DNA from: Octopus bimaculoides
Taxonomy: Eukaryota
Length of the DNA: 64,000 nt
Assembly: GCF_001194135.2 (NCBI RefSeq)
Contig: NC_068992.1
Location: 60,305,115 to 60,369,114, forward strand
Reading direction: 5' to 3'
A model generated the notes under the pieces. It had not been told where the DNA came from and did not search any database. It saw nothing but the letters and a program-made list of their open reading frames with translations. Shown here one piece after another: positions 50,571 through 64,000 of the stretch (position 1 is its first letter; each line of letters opens with the position of its first letter). Position numbers and translations under genes: made by a program.

Positions 50571-52089
50571 GGGGAATCTATACGCCGTGGAAACCGAGAA
50601 AACGGCTCTTATGAGTCGGCATAACTCGAGAATGCAACTAAACTTTACAATTTAAAGTCTAGAAGCACATTTAAAAATAATATATAGTCTGTGTTACATA
50701 TTAGATAAACTATTGCAGGACGTAGCTTATGTGAATCACAACAATCATATACATATTACGGGAAAATACGCTTGATAAACAGAAGAAATGAAGTCATGTC
50801 ACGTTGTAGACACAAAAAATAAATACCTGGTTAAAGAAAAGAAAAAAAGATTGTAACTGATGACTAAGAGCAGCGAAAATTGAACTGAATGCACACAGTG
50901 CCAATGTCTCCTCACTCATATACACCAACACATACGCCAAATTAACCAATGAATGAAATTTCAGGAAAAATCGACAATTTAGTGACTACAAGTATAAAAT
51001 ACAATCACTCTACAGTGCATAGGAAAAATCATATTTTAGGTACATTAGACAATAATATATGATCATTTTTTGAGAAACTGGATACTATGATGTAATCGAT
51101 TGCCAGATAAATTATGATTACTGAATTGACCAACTAAAAGAGATAAACGACTAAGCAGTATTAGTAAAGCAGGATGTGATGACGTGATCGATAGAAAGAT
51201 ACGATGCAAATGCTGCGCTGGACAATAAAGTTATAAATAAAATGTCACTAATACAGGATGTGATTTAGAAAATGACATATGATTATACAATAAGTGGAGG
51301 CGCGACAAGTACTGAAATGGTCAAAGAAAACTAATATTTTTCTGATAAGAATAATTTAGACAAAGAGGTTTAAGAAACTGAAAACCACAGCAACCAAGAA
51401 ATTAGCTGATGGCAATAATAACGTACATGACGATAAAAATTATTATCTGAAATAAAACGTAGATGGAAGATTGATGTAATAGTGAAGCCAACCAAGACAA
51501 AGAGCAAAAACAAAAAAGAAATGCTTTAATGAAATAAAGATTTGAAATTGGCCAATGGGAACTGATATACAAAAGAATGAATCTTCTGCGGTGTAGATAA
51601 AAGCAGCCCGAGAGAAAGGAAACAAACAGATAAACAGTACAAATGATTAGGTTTATGATTATCAACTTGGAACCCGCGTAGCTAGGTACAGCGTTCTGTT
51701 TAAATCAAACGCACACACCTACAGACACACGCACGCACGCACGCACACATACACAAACACACAGACACACTAACACAAACACACAGACAGAAGTACACAC
51801 ATACATTGACACACACACATGCTTATACACACGCACGTGCACATACACTGACACACACGCACACGCATACACACATGCTTATACACACGCAGGCACATAC
51901 ACATACACACACACACATACACACACACACGAACGTAGGCGTGACTGTGTGAAGTTTCTTTCCCGATGGTTCCGTGTTCAGCAATTACGACAGACCATTG
52001 AATGGACATCTGTTTCCGGCTATGACAGAAACGCTTCGGTAGCAACCCACACTATGTTCTCTTGGACAGAAAGCAAATTAGCGAGCAGT

Positions 52090-52258
52090 TCAACATTCCC
52101 CCTGACGCGGAAAGCTTCTCCGTCGCAGGGTTATCCATTTACACCTGAGTGGAGTGCAGCAACGTGAAATGAATTGTTTTGCTAAAGAACACAACGCGCT
52201 GCTGGTCTGGGTATAGAAAACCCCGACTGTGACTGCAAAACACCTAATCACTGCGTTA
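52090..52258 (-). mobile_element. SINE family C
   Basis: ctgagtggagtgcagcaacgtgaaatgaattgttttgctaaagaacacaacgcg...cacctaatcactgcg. Confidence 0.75.
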
Positions 52259-52291
52259 CATATATATATATACACACACGACACACACACG

Positions 52292-52359
<68 letters not shown>

Positions 52360-52559
52360 CATATATATATATACATATATACACACATATATGTATATGT
52401 ATATAAAAGCATTGACAACCCTATCAAGCATGCTTGGTGAAAGTGGTTCTCGGTGGAAACTCTGCAAGACGAAACATAGAACCAGTCAAATGGGCAATAC
52501 ATCTATATACTTACATACATAACCAAACGCACACACACACAAACACTCGTACAAGCACG

Positions 52560-52619
<60 letters not shown>

Positions 52620-52629
52620 NNNNNNNNNN

Positions 52630-52693
<64 letters not shown>

Positions 52694-52717
52694 AAAATGA
52701 TATTTCTGATTCAATTT

Positions 52718-52931
52718 AAGGTGGCGAGCTGGCAGAAACGTTAGCACAACGGGCAAAGTGTTTAGCGGTATTCCGTCCCTCGTTACATTCTGCGTTCAAA
52801 TGTCGCCGGGGTCGACTTTGCCTTTCATCCCTTCCGGGGTCAATAAAATAAGTATCAGTTGAGTACTGGGCTCGATTTAACCAAATTAGCCCCTTCCTAA
52901 ATTGCTGACCTTGTGCTAAAATTTTATACCA
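52718..52931 (+). mobile_element. SINE family A, full length
   Basis: aaggtggcgagctggcagaaacgttagcac...ggtcgactttgcctttcatccc...ccttgtgctaaaatttt. Confidence 0.92.
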
Positions 52932-53439
52932 ACGTTTCAGATTCACTTTGACTTTACTCTGTGGAGACGAAATGGATTTAAAGATGAAGCAGAATTAATT
53001 CTGCTATCCAATAGAATGACTCAATCAAAGACGCCTAGAATATTTGATAAAGTATTAAGAAAACTGCTTTATTTTGTCTTTCTCTGCTTTTCATTTTTCT
53101 TTTTCTTTTCTTTCTTTTTTTCTTTTGCTAATAATGATGGAAAATAGAATTTTGCGATGAATATATTTAAGGAAAAAGAAAAATATCTAAGTTTTTGTAG
53201 GTAAACACAAATTAAGGAAAATTGACAATAAATAAATGAAAATGAAAATGAAAAGAAAGGAACAAAACAAAATAGAAGGAATTCTAAAAGTGAAAAAGAG
53301 ATCATTAAGATGTTGTTTATTTTTGCTTTTAATCTTTACTAATCTTTTTGTCGGATTAGTGAAGGAAAGTAAATAGAAGGATAAATGTCTAGTATTATTA
53401 ATGAAGGTGATGATGTTGACAACTGAAACATCGACCGGC

Positions 53440-54186
53440 GTTGGTGATAATAAGGATGAGGACGATGATGAAGAGGATGGGGAAGATGAGTGAAAGGAGG
53501 ATGAAGAAGAAAAACAGGACGGTTATGAGGATGATAATGGTGATGCTGATAACTAAAATGATGATAATGATGTTGATATTGTATTTGTTGTTGTTAGTGG
53601 TGGTGGTGATGGTGATGATGATATGATAATGTTGCTGCTGATGAAAATGATGATGATGATGTTGATGATAATGATGATGATGGTTATGTGGATACGAATC
53701 GTAATGATGTTTGTGATGTTGATGACTTTGATGAGGATGGTTCTGATAACGATGGTGAAGATGTTGATGAAGGTTTATGATGAGGAAGAAGGTGATGATG
53801 ATGATGATGATGATGGTAATAATGATGGCGAGGTAGTGAAGGAGGGGTTAAAGAGGGGAAAGTGGTGGTAGAGGAGGAGGAAGGGTAGAGTGCTGCTGCA
53901 GCTGATGATGATGATGGTGACGATGATGATGATGATGATGATAACGATGTTGTTGTTGTTGATGGTGATGATGATGATGATGATAAGGAGGAGGAGGAGG
54001 ACGAGGAAGAGCAGGATGATCATAATGATTATGATGAAGACAAAGTCAGCGGCAACAAGGAGAACAACAAGGAGGACAATGATGATGATGATGGTGACGA
54101 TGATGATCCTAATTATGAAATTGGCAATACTTGTAAACAGAATAATGATAATTATATCCGTCTGAGGATGATGATGATGATGATGT

Positions 54187-54232
<46 letters not shown>

Positions 54233-54290
54233 GATGGTGATGGTGATGGTGATGGTGATGGTGATGGTGATGATGATGAGATTAGTGATG
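53440..54290. repeat. About 850-bp degenerate (GAT/GGT/GAG)n tract
   Basis: Read directly; source of the poly-M/poly-I pseudo-ORFs. Confidence 0.95.
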
Positions 54291-55514
54291 ATGGTGACTT
54301 TTGTTGTCATTCCAAACGTTTTTGTGATCTTCCTCTTGAAGACTTTATAAGAAATAATAATAATAAAGAAAAAAGAAAGAAAGAAAGAAAGAGAGAGAGA
54401 AGGAAAAATAGAAAAACGCCACCGGCACCATTTTCTCATAGTGTTGGAATGGCGAAACATGTAGATGGAAAACTCAATTTATAAACTACACAAATTCTTG
54501 CAGTTTTTAACTTTCTGCAAAGTTNNNNNNNNNNNNNNNNNNNNNNNNNNNNNNNNNNNNNNNNNNNNNNNNNNNNNNNNNNNNNNNNNNNNNNNNNNNN
54601 NNNNNNNNNNNNNNNNNNNNNNNNNNNNNNNNNNNNNNNNNNNNNNNNNNNNNNNNNNNNNNNNNNNNNNNNNNNNNNNNNNNNNNNNNNNNNNNNNNNN
54701 NNNNNNNNNNNNNNNNNNNNNNNNNNNNNNNNNNNNNNNNNNNNNNNNNNNNNNNNNNNNNNNNNNNNNNNNNNNNNNNNNNNNNNNNNNNNNNNNNNNN
54801 NNNNNNNNNNNNNNNNNNNNNNNNNNNNNNNNNNNNNNNNNNNNNNNNNNNNNNNNNNNNNNNNNNNNNNNNNNNNNNNNNNNNNNNNNNNNNNNNNNNN
54901 NNNNNNNNNNNNNNNNNNACATATTTATCTTCTTCAATATATATTTCAGTATAAAGAATTCATTAAGAGACTTAAATCAAAATCTCTTTACACATCATTC
55001 AGGAATAAATATAACATCAGAAAAAATACATTCCGTTTAAAAACACAAACCGTTCATGGCGAAAAAAATTTCACAATTTATTATTATTATTAATATAACC
55101 AAAAGGATCGATTCTTGAAGAGTCTGCATATCTTCACTGTCGTTTTTTTCTGCTATTTTGGTGATGATTTTTTGAGTTAGCTTACCAATTATTTTTGTTG
55201 GTAGTTAATTTATAATATATTGATATATATATATATATATTTGTTTTTTTGTTTTGCTTTCTCTTCGATTGGTAAACCGAGATCAATGAAAACCGAATAA
55301 ATACGAATTAAGTAATTGATCTTTATACTTTAACTCATTTTCGGTTATTCTGTTGCTGTTGATCTTCTTGTTCTTGTAGTCGTCATCGTTGTTGTGGTAA
55401 TGGTGTCTGTGTTGGTCGCCGTTGCGTTTTGTCGTCGTTGTTGTTGATTATCCCATCGAGTAGTCGTGTTCCAGTCATAATCATCCTGTTCTTGACTTAG
55501 CTGAACGCGCGTGT

Positions 55515-55935
55515 GATAATGGTAAGGGTGTTGCAATCGTGACCACCAGATCTTAGTTTCGATTTCCAGACCAGGCGGTGCGTTGTATTCTTGAGAAAAA
55601 CATTTCATTTCAGGCTGCTCCAGTCTGATCAGCAGTAAATGAGTTACCCTACAATGAACTGGTGCCCCTTTCAGAGGGAGTCTTGGAATCTTGGTCACTT
55701 ATACGCTATAGAAACCAAATAACCCGGTCTACGTGAACAACACTGGTTGTCAAACACATACATATACACATATATACGACGGGCTTCTTTCCGTTTTCGA
55801 CCAATAAATACATTCACAAAGCACTGATTGAACTGAGGCTATAGTAGAAAATACTTGCTCAAGGTGTCCTGTAATGGGACTGAACCCGGAACCATGTGGT
55901 TAGGAAGCAAATTTCTTACCAGACACCTACGCCTA
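55515..55935. mobile_element. SINE family C (+, 55515-55735) tail-to-tail with SINE family B (-, 55738-55935)
   Basis: ggtaagggtgttgc...gcgttgtattcttgagaaaaacatttcatttcaggctgctccagt; then cgacgggcttctttccg...gctcaaggtgtc...gactgaacccggaaccatgtgg. Confidence 0.82.
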
Positions 55936-56188
55936 TACTTATCATTTCATAATATATTTACAAGTTACATTTTCTTGACATATCTGAATATAGGAGGGAC
56001 ACAGAAGCATTTCGGTTGTACATATTTATATCTATATAGTCTACGCGTTAAGAATTACATGCCTCGAAACGCTACACGTCCTATATAATTATGTGTAACT
56101 TAACAAGGCGACGTATTTCTGTACAGTTTCACGGGGTTACTTGTAATCACGTATATGTTGGTTTTATTTTATAAAGTTACTAATAGGT

Positions 56189-56400
56189 TAGAGTCGTTTA
56201 GCTTAGTGGTCAAGATGTTGGGCTGACCAATGTTAGCTCGTGAGTTCGATTCTCCGACTGGACAGCGCGTTGTGTTATTGAACTAGACTCTTCATTTGAA
56301 GTTGTTCCACTACACTTACCTGAAAATGAGTTGCAGTGACACTTGGGGGCTAAGGGTTAACCCTGTTGCAGACTTGCGTTGTGTATCCTCTGTTCAAAGT
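56189..56400 (+). mobile_element. SINE family C, degenerate
   Basis: tagcttagtggtcaagatgttgggc (A box) ...gagttcgattc (B box) ...gcgcgttgtgttattga...aaatgagt. Confidence 0.75.
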
Positions 56401-56999
56401 GGTGGTGGTGGGTATTTACATACAGATTAAGCAACCCGAAAATTTGGAGAAATTACGTAAAGCTCCATGAATTACGGGCTGCAGACGGCAGAGATATAAA
56501 TTTGTACAGCCATGTAAGATTTTGCGGGACGAAAGAGAGGTAGAAATATAATTTGTTATAGACACGTATGATTTTGAATGTTGTAGCAGCTTGGAAGAAC
56601 GTGCAGTAACAGCGCTTCGCTGCATCCGCCATTTGTTGGCGATTCCCAACTCTTGGCAAATGACACCTTTAAACTACTCAGGTAACAAACCTCCAACCCA
56701 TTGGTTTGCTTTTTGGTAGTTGCTGGTAATGAGGGCTTTACGAGGTCAGAATGCAAACCCTACTTCAACATCTTTCAGTCACGTTTTACAACATGTAGAG
56801 GAGATGATTTTGTATAGCCGTATTTACTTTAGTTTATCAGGTCATAATTTCAAATGGATATACATAATTTCTTACGATTTCATAAATTCATTCATAACAA
56901 AAAAAAAAAAAATGACGGAAAGTTGTTTCTTTTGTCAATATTTATGACCAAAGACGTACTTCTTTGAAAATAAAAAAATTGACATACAGAAAAAATTAA

Positions 57000-57530
57000 G
57001 TGTTTCTGCTTCATCATCACTACCGCCACCACCACCACCACCACCACCGCCATCATCATCATCATCATCATCATCATCGTTGTTGCCATCACTACTATTA
57101 CCACTACTACTACCACCACAGCTATCGCTGCGACTGCCGCCGCCACCACCACCNNNNNNNNNNNNNNNNNNNNNNNNNNNNNNNNNNNNNNNNNNNNNNN
57201 NNNNNNNNNNNNNNNNNNNNNNNNNNNNNATGCCGCCGCTAGCCTCACTACCGCCGCTGCCGACGCCACCGCTGCCGACGCCGCCACCGCTGCCGCCGCC
57301 GCCGCCACCCATGCTCCCACCGCTACCGCCGTCACTACCACCACGTCATCATCCACTCCCTCCTGCTCCCTTTGCTCCTGTTGCTGCTGCCTCGTCCTCC
57401 TCCTCCACCTCATCATCATCATCATAATCGTCGTCGTCATCACTATTATTGCCATCTTGTTTTTGATATTGTGTTAGTGGTTGCTGTTGTAATTGTTGTT
57501 GTTGCTGTGGTGGTGGTGGTAGTAGTTGTT
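57000..57530. repeat. Compound trinucleotide tract (CAT/CAC/GCC/GTT)
   Basis: Read directly; source of the poly-H/P/A/G pseudo-ORFs. Confidence 0.93.
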
Positions 57531-58369
57531 ATATTTCTTGTTCTTCATAATCTGACACAATAACGAAATATATTGGAGTCGTAAAATTCAACAAAACAAG
57601 CTTTTCCTATTAATTTCGACATTCGCTCATAACTGACATCTACTTTCCCTTTTAATAAATATCCTGTTATGCGTACCTACACAATAAACTACCGAGAAAA
57701 CCAACGGTGACCAGCTAGAAATAGCAGTTAAACCAACCTTTGGACCAAAACGAAATACCTGAAGTAAAATAAAATCTTTTAAGATGTATAATATAGAGGC
57801 TGGATACACATGAAGTTGGAATAATCAATAACACCGTGTCTTATAAAATTGGTTGACCTAGGGCTACAACTACCGTTATATCGACAGAAATATATACTTC
57901 ACTAAGTATAATCTTCTATATAACAATATATACAGCAGTCGTTGTTGATAGTTAAACCAAAGTAGCACTGGTCGAGCAAAACTATGATGAAACGCGTTCT
58001 AGCTGTAATCATCTTGCTATTATATTTTTAGTTATAATGTATCTAGAATAACATATTTACATTTTTTTCTGGGAAAAAGTGAAACACTCCCAGAGAGTCA
58101 GCGTGGAAAATTACATCAATACACCAAATTTTAAAATTTCCAGGGGGAGAATCAAACAGAAAAGATCTGGTCCTTTGTTTTGTGGGTTATTTTTTGTGTG
58201 TGTTTTGTTTAGATAGTTCGGTGTGATATGAGGTGAATTTGGTTGCTATTGTCTGCTCTTAATTCAGGTTGTTGATGATAATAGTAAAATATGTCAACGA
58301 GATAAACGCTAGCTGCAGTAGTCTTTAGGGAGAAGTGGTTTAGAGGAAAAATGTTTGATAGAGAAACAG

Positions 58370-58421
58370 AGGAAACAGAGGGAAATAGATATGGACTCGA
58401 GTGAGATAGAGAGAGAGAAAG

Positions 58422-58461
<40 letters not shown>

Positions 58462-58640
58462 GGGGAGAGAGAGAGAGGGTGAGAGAGAGAGGGAGAGAGA
58501 GAGAGGGAGAAAGATACAGAGAACGAGAGATGGAGAAGTATGAGGAGTGAAAAAGGAGGGAGTGAGGATGCGAGGAGAGAGAAATAGAGAACGGAAGAGA
58601 TACAGAGGGAGAAATGAATGACCATGGTGAAGATAGAGAG
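58370..58640. repeat. GA-rich polypurine tract
   Basis: Read directly from the sequence. Confidence 0.93.
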
Positions 58641-59577
58641 ATGAAGAAAGGGAATGAGAGAAAGCATAGCTGAAGACCCACCCCCTCCGCCACAACACCG
58701 AACGAAAACAAATTTTATCTCTAAATTCGGATATAATGAAACTGGACAAAATGAAATCTATAATGTATTCACTAGACAGACACCCTACCATTATGTACAC
58801 ACATACATACATACATACATACATACATACATACATACATACATACGCACATACATAGATACGTATATATACATATGCATATATATATNNNNNNNNNNNN
58901 NNNNNNNNNNNNNNNNNNNNNNNNNNNNNNNNNNNNNNNNNNNNNNNNNNNNNNNNNNNNNNNNNNNNNNNNNNNNNNNNNNNNNNNNNNNNNNNNNNNN
59001 NNNNNNNNNNNNNNNNNNNNNNNNNNNNNNNNNNNNNNNNNNNNNNNNNNNNNNNNNNNNNNNNNNNNNNNNNNNNNNNNNNNNNNNNNNNNNNNNNNNN
59101 NNNNNNNNNNNNNNNNNNNNNNNNNNNNNNNNNNNNNNNNNNNNNNNNNNNNNNNNNNNNNNNNNNNNNNNNNNNNNNNNNNNNNNNNNNNNNNNNNNNN
59201 NNNNNNNNNNNNNNNNNNNNNNNNNNNNNNNNNNNNNNNNNNNNNNNNNNNNNNNNNNNNNNNNNNNNNNNNNNNNNNNNNNNNNNNNNNNNNNNNNNNN
59301 NNNNNNNNNNNNNNNNNNNNNNNNNNNNNNNNNNNNNNNNNNNNNNNNNNNNNNNNNNNNNNNNNNNNNNNNNNNNNNNNNNNNNNNNNNNNNNNNNNNN
59401 NNNNNNNNNNNNNNNNNNNNNNNNNNNNNNNNNNNNNNNNNNNNNNNNNNNNNNNNNNNNNNNNNNNNNNNNNNNNNNNNNNNNNNNNNNNNNNNNNNNN
59501 NNNNNNNNNNNNNNNNNNNNNNNNNNNNNNNNNNNNNNNNNNNNNNNNNNNNNNNNNNNNNNNNNNNNNNNNNNNNN

Positions 59578-59608
<31 letters not shown>

Positions 59609-60630
59609 TTAAAAATGTGTAGAGGTAACACACGAGTAAGTAGATATTTATGAAAAACAAGAACGAAAATGCTACTTTCTTAAAATTGGGTACATCTTAA
59701 TTTTCCTTTATATAAATTCATTAAGAGAAGAATGTTTTGGTTTTTATTTACATGTTTCGGTTTTTGAAAAACCTTATCAAACATATGTGCTAAAATGGAA
59801 TATGTAGAGAGAAAAGAATTATCAATAAAATTAAATCAAATCTAAAATTAGCATTCATAGTTTACTTTCCTTTTTTCTGCAAGAGCATGTGGTAATTTCC
59901 GTTAGTTTTAGTAACATGACAATCTGAACAGTCTGTGACCGAAAATTACAACTATCTGTTTTTGTAAATTATATAGTGTGGTCAAGACTTGTTTTCTATA
60001 GGAGTGGCTGTAGCAATCGTATAACTAGCAGCGGTAATAATAATAGTCGTCGTGGTGAAGTTGTTCCCCCTGGGCTTTTAATAGAAATCGGGTTCTTCAT
60101 TAAAGATCATATTCATCTTCCATTAGTGTCTGAAACGCGACCATCACTTTTCGATGATATGAAGTTTAAATAAAGACTTTCAATAGCTATATATTCCACG
60201 TCATCATCGTTACCTACAAGGAGAGAAAAATATGAATAGAACAGATTGAGAGTGAGCATAAGAGTGCTGAAGCCAGAAATATAAAGTAAATTGAAAATGG
60301 ATAAGAAAACAAAGAGTTTGACGTCAACACATCTATACCAAAGCATTGACTCTCTTATTCTGCTGCCACTAATTTTGACACCGCTTTTCATGTATCTTGT
60401 GTTTTAATCCAAAGAAGCATTAGAGGTGGATTTATTTCTTTCATGCTTTATTCTGGTATGGTTTCAGATTTGTGATTCAGTTTTCTTAAACATGAGAAGC
60501 ACTCATGTCACTTTTCAGTTTTCCTAGGCATTTACACACATTTTTACAGATGTGTAAACGATGGGCGCATCTTACACAAGATACATACATGCACACATGC
60601 ATGCATATATCATATATATATATATATATG

Positions 60631-60684
<54 letters not shown>

Positions 60685-61201
60685 GGTGTGTATATGTGTG
60701 TATAAAATATATATGTACATGCATTCGTTTATGTGTATAGGCCTGTTTAGTGCAGTGTCTTTCAGCTTCTACTCAGTTATTGATCATGTCTCACTGAATT
60801 TATCTCGTTTTATATCTATTTAATTATACAGCTGTGAATCTACTCTTATGCATATATATATATATATATATATATATGCCATCATTGTGCGTATATCATT
60901 TCGCGTATTTGTTAGTGCCTTTCTTTTCGTATAATAATAATCACACGCTTTTCACTCTGGTTGCGTTCCTATTTTAATTATTATAAGACTATTGTTATAA
61001 ATATTAACTATTAATTCTTATTGTTTTTCTTTATAATTTGTGAATTTTCTATTCTCTTAATTTCTAAACTCTTAATCATTAATGCATACTTTTCAATGAT
61101 AATTATAACGTGCAAGAATTAACTCGAGATACTTTGTTATAATATATTGTAACTCGAATGAAAGTTACATGAAATAAATCACTGCAATGGTGTTAAAATA
61201 A

Positions 61202-61237
<36 letters not shown>

Positions 61238-61631
61238 NNNNNNNNNNNNNNNNNNNNNNNNNNNNNNNNNNNNNNNNNNNNNNNNNNNNNNNNNNNNNNN
61301 NNNNNNNNNNNNNNNNNNNNNNNNNNNNNNNNNNNNNNNNNNNNNNNNNNNNNNNNNNNNNNNNNNNNNNNNNNNNNNNNNNNNNNNNNNNNNNNNNNNN
61401 NNNNNNNNNNNNNNNNNNNNNNNNNNNNNNNNNNNNNNNNNNNNNNNNNNNNNNNNNNNNNNNNNNNNNNNNNNNNNNNNNNNNNNNNNNNNNNNNNNNN
61501 NNNNNNNNNNNNNNNNNNNNNNNNNNNNNGGTTGGAGTTATTTGAAGGAAGATAACCATTTCAACATAATCTGGTGCTGCATTACAATTTAAAATTATAA
61601 TTATAAGTAAAAGAAGTGCATAGAAATCATG

Positions 61632-62014
61632 TTTTTCATATAATCTAGGCACAAGGTCCGAAATTTTGGGGAGGGGGCCAGACGATTACAGCAACCCCAG
61701 TACGCAATTGGTAGTTGTTTTATCGATCCCGAAAGGATGAAAGGCAAAGTCGACCTCGGTGGAATTTGAACTCAGAACGTAACGGTAGACGAAATACTGG
61801 TAAGCAGTTCGCCCAGCGTGCTAACGTTTCTTATTTCTTTACTGCCCACAAGGGGCTCTACACAGAGGGGACAAACAAGAAGAGACAAACGGGTTAAGTC
61901 GATTATATCGACTCCAGTGTGTAACTGGTACTTATTTAATCGACCCCGAAAGGATGAAAAGTAAAGCCGACCTCGGCGGAATTTGAACTCAGAACGTAGC
62001 GGCAGACGAAATAC
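61632..62014 (-). mobile_element. SINE family A tandem: truncated tail-type-2 copy followed by a near-full tail-type-1 copy
   Basis: 61831-62014 carries ttatttctttactgcccacaaggggct...gacaaacgggttaagtcg. 61632-61830 carries ctaggcacaaggtccgaaattttgggg through gtgctaacgtttc. Confidence 0.92.
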
Positions 62015-62149
62015 AAAACAATTCCTTCAACCTTTCTCCTCTTTCTCTTTCCAGCAGAACAGCTTTCACGTCTTCATTGTACTCTGTGGTGCCAATTTAA
62101 TTGCACTATATTACCGACCTTTAAATTTGTCTCTTTTAATTAATACTTT

Positions 62150-62209
<60 letters not shown>

Positions 62210-62211
<2 letters not shown>

Positions 62212-62670
62212 GGGTGCGATGGGTAAATTGTCGCCATTTTATAACTTTAGTTTCACGCACTGTTCGTTTTTGATTTTGTGGACCACAAAGTATAGTATGT
62301 TCAGTTGAGCACCATCTGTTGGAAAAACAGCACCATGATGCAATTCACTCTGCCAGAAATTTAGAATCGGTATGCTGTACTGCTTCGCATTCGCGCCGGA
62401 AGCTCCAATACGAATTTTTCAGAATATTTGGGTGCCAATCTGAGGACATGTAATGAGAATGATAAAAATCAAACATCCAGTCAACATCATGGAGTTTGGA
62501 GTGATCACTAGTGTTGGCGACGTTATGCCTATATTCGTCTTCCTACTCGGCCTCAGACTCAACCTGGAGTCTTCAATCAAGTGCCTGAAGGAGGTAGTGC
62601 TGCCTTGGATCAAGATGGTGGCTGTTGGGAGACCCTATGTTTGACAACAGGACTCTGCACTATGTCAGTA
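62210..62670 (+). mobile_element. Tc1/mariner-superfamily (DD37D/maT-like) transposon, internally deleted, 5' TIR retained
   Basis: TA|tagggtgcgatgggtaaattgtcgcc left end. Relic KIKHPVNIMEFGVITSVGDVMPIFVF...LKEVVLPWIKMVAVGRPYV*QQDSA matches KHPxxVMVxGxxxxxG...YVxQQDxA. Confidence 0.8.
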
Positions 62671-62725
62671 GAATCTAACCTTTTGAGCCCGTAGGACATC
62701 AACCCTACGTTATTATTTAAGTATG

Positions 62726-62762
<37 letters not shown>

Positions 62763-63399
62763 NNNNNNNNNNNNNNNNNNNNNNNNNNNNNNNNNNNNNN
62801 NNNNNNNNNNNNNNNNNNNNNNNNNNNNNNNNNNNNNNNNNNNNNNNNNNNNNNNNNNNNNNNNNNNNNNNNNNNNNNNNNNNNNNNNNNNNNNNNNNNN
62901 NNNNNNNNNNNNNNNNNNNNNNNNNNNNNNNNNNNNNNNNNNNNNNNNNNNNNNNNNNNNNNNNNNNNNNNNNNNNNNNNNNNNNNNNNNNNNNNNNNNN
63001 NNNNNNNNNNNNNNNNNNNNAAAAGGGTTTTGTATGATCGTGTATAGAGGAATATATTATTTTATTTAAAAGAGTTCCAACTCTGTCTGTTTTTTATGTT
63101 TTATTTATATTCTTGTAAAATTAATGTGGGATATAGAATATGGAATATATAATATATAATATAAAAATGAACATACACATATATGATTATATGAATATGC
63201 ATTTGTATATGGATGTACGTGTGTGTGTGTTCGCGCATGCATGTAGATTTGTGTGCGTGAAGTTGCATTGTAGTGTAGAGAGAGATAGGGCTTCCGAGTG
63301 CACTATATTAAACTCTAAATGAGCAAAGACCCAGGGAAGTAACGTTATGAGTAAAGAAGACATATGATTCAATGAATAGAAATCTGAGATATAGTCTAT

Positions 63400-63708
63400 A
63401 AGATTGATAGAGAGAGAGGAGAGAGAGGTGAGAGAGGAAGCGAGGGAGGAGGGAAAGAAGGGAATAAGTGTGTGTCACAGAGAAATGAGTATGGTAGGAG
63501 GAAGAGGGTGAGAAAGCAGAGGAGGAGAGAGAGAACATGAGAAAATGAAGGGAAGACGGAGAGGCGTAACGTGAGATCGGCAGGTAAGGTATATAGATAT
63601 ACAGAGAGACCGAGAATGAGATAGATAGACACATAAACAGGTAGATAGGTAGATAGATAAATAGATAGATAGATAAACAAACAGACAGACAGCTACTTAG
63701 ATAGAAAT

Positions 63709-63753
<45 letters not shown>

Positions 63754-64000
63754 GAGATAAAACAGCTGATAAGGTTGCAATAGATGAAAAACAGCGTGGG
63801 ACGTCTAGGCTTAAGGGAATAGAATAAAAGAGAATGCTTGCTTGTGTGTATGTGTGTGTGTTTCTGTGTTTCTGTGTGTGTGAGAGAGAGGGAGAGAGGG
63901 AAAGAGAGAGAGAGAGAGGGAGTGACACTAATGGCAGAGATATGTAGAGGGAGAAGAGGAGAGGATGAATATATGATATATATATATATATATATATATA
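63400..64000. repeat. Polypurine, (GATA)n, (GA)n and (TA)n tracts
   Basis: Read directly from the sequence. Confidence 0.92.

Noticed and set aside
58370-58640. Polypurine tracts as H-DNA regulatory elements
   Set aside because: GA tracts are ubiquitous in this sequence and nothing marks these as functional.
59976-60391. Opposing short ORFs with strong acceptors on both strands
   Set aside because: No recognisable domain, and both end in stops without support; expected by chance.

Overview
This is eukaryotic DNA, not prokaryotic. It is AT-rich, very rich in microsatellites and interspersed repeats, and has 21 assembly gaps (roughly 6 kb of N), nearly all flanked by (TA)n, (CA)n or other simple repeats. 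The SINE families and microsatellite density resemble an octopus (coleoid cephalopod) draft genome; this is inference from recalled repeat families, not a database hit. Well-supported content: more than 35 copies of three tRNA-derived SINE families (labelled A, B, C here), a near full-length dead Tc1 element with TIRs and TA TSD, further Tc1, mariner and DD37D-like relics, a hAT MITE with a perfect 8-bp TSD, a mariner-type MITE, two RTE LINE 3' fragments (one with three C2H2-like fingers), and a short repeat family with a hammerhead-like core. Almost all ORFs in the supplied track are microsatellite, N-gap or repeat read-through artefacts. I see no CRISPR array, rRNA, true tRNA gene or operon. 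A weakly supported set of + strand splice-bounded segments could encode the C-linker and a degenerate cyclic-nucleotide-binding domain of a CNG/HCN/KCNH-type channel, which would make most of the window intronic. I cannot support a new multi-gene biological system. The best leads concern repeat biology: nested and head-to-tail SINE arrays, a stem-loop module shared by two SINE families, a perfectly abutting inverted SINE pair, the hammerhead-like repeat, and a templated inverted insertion.
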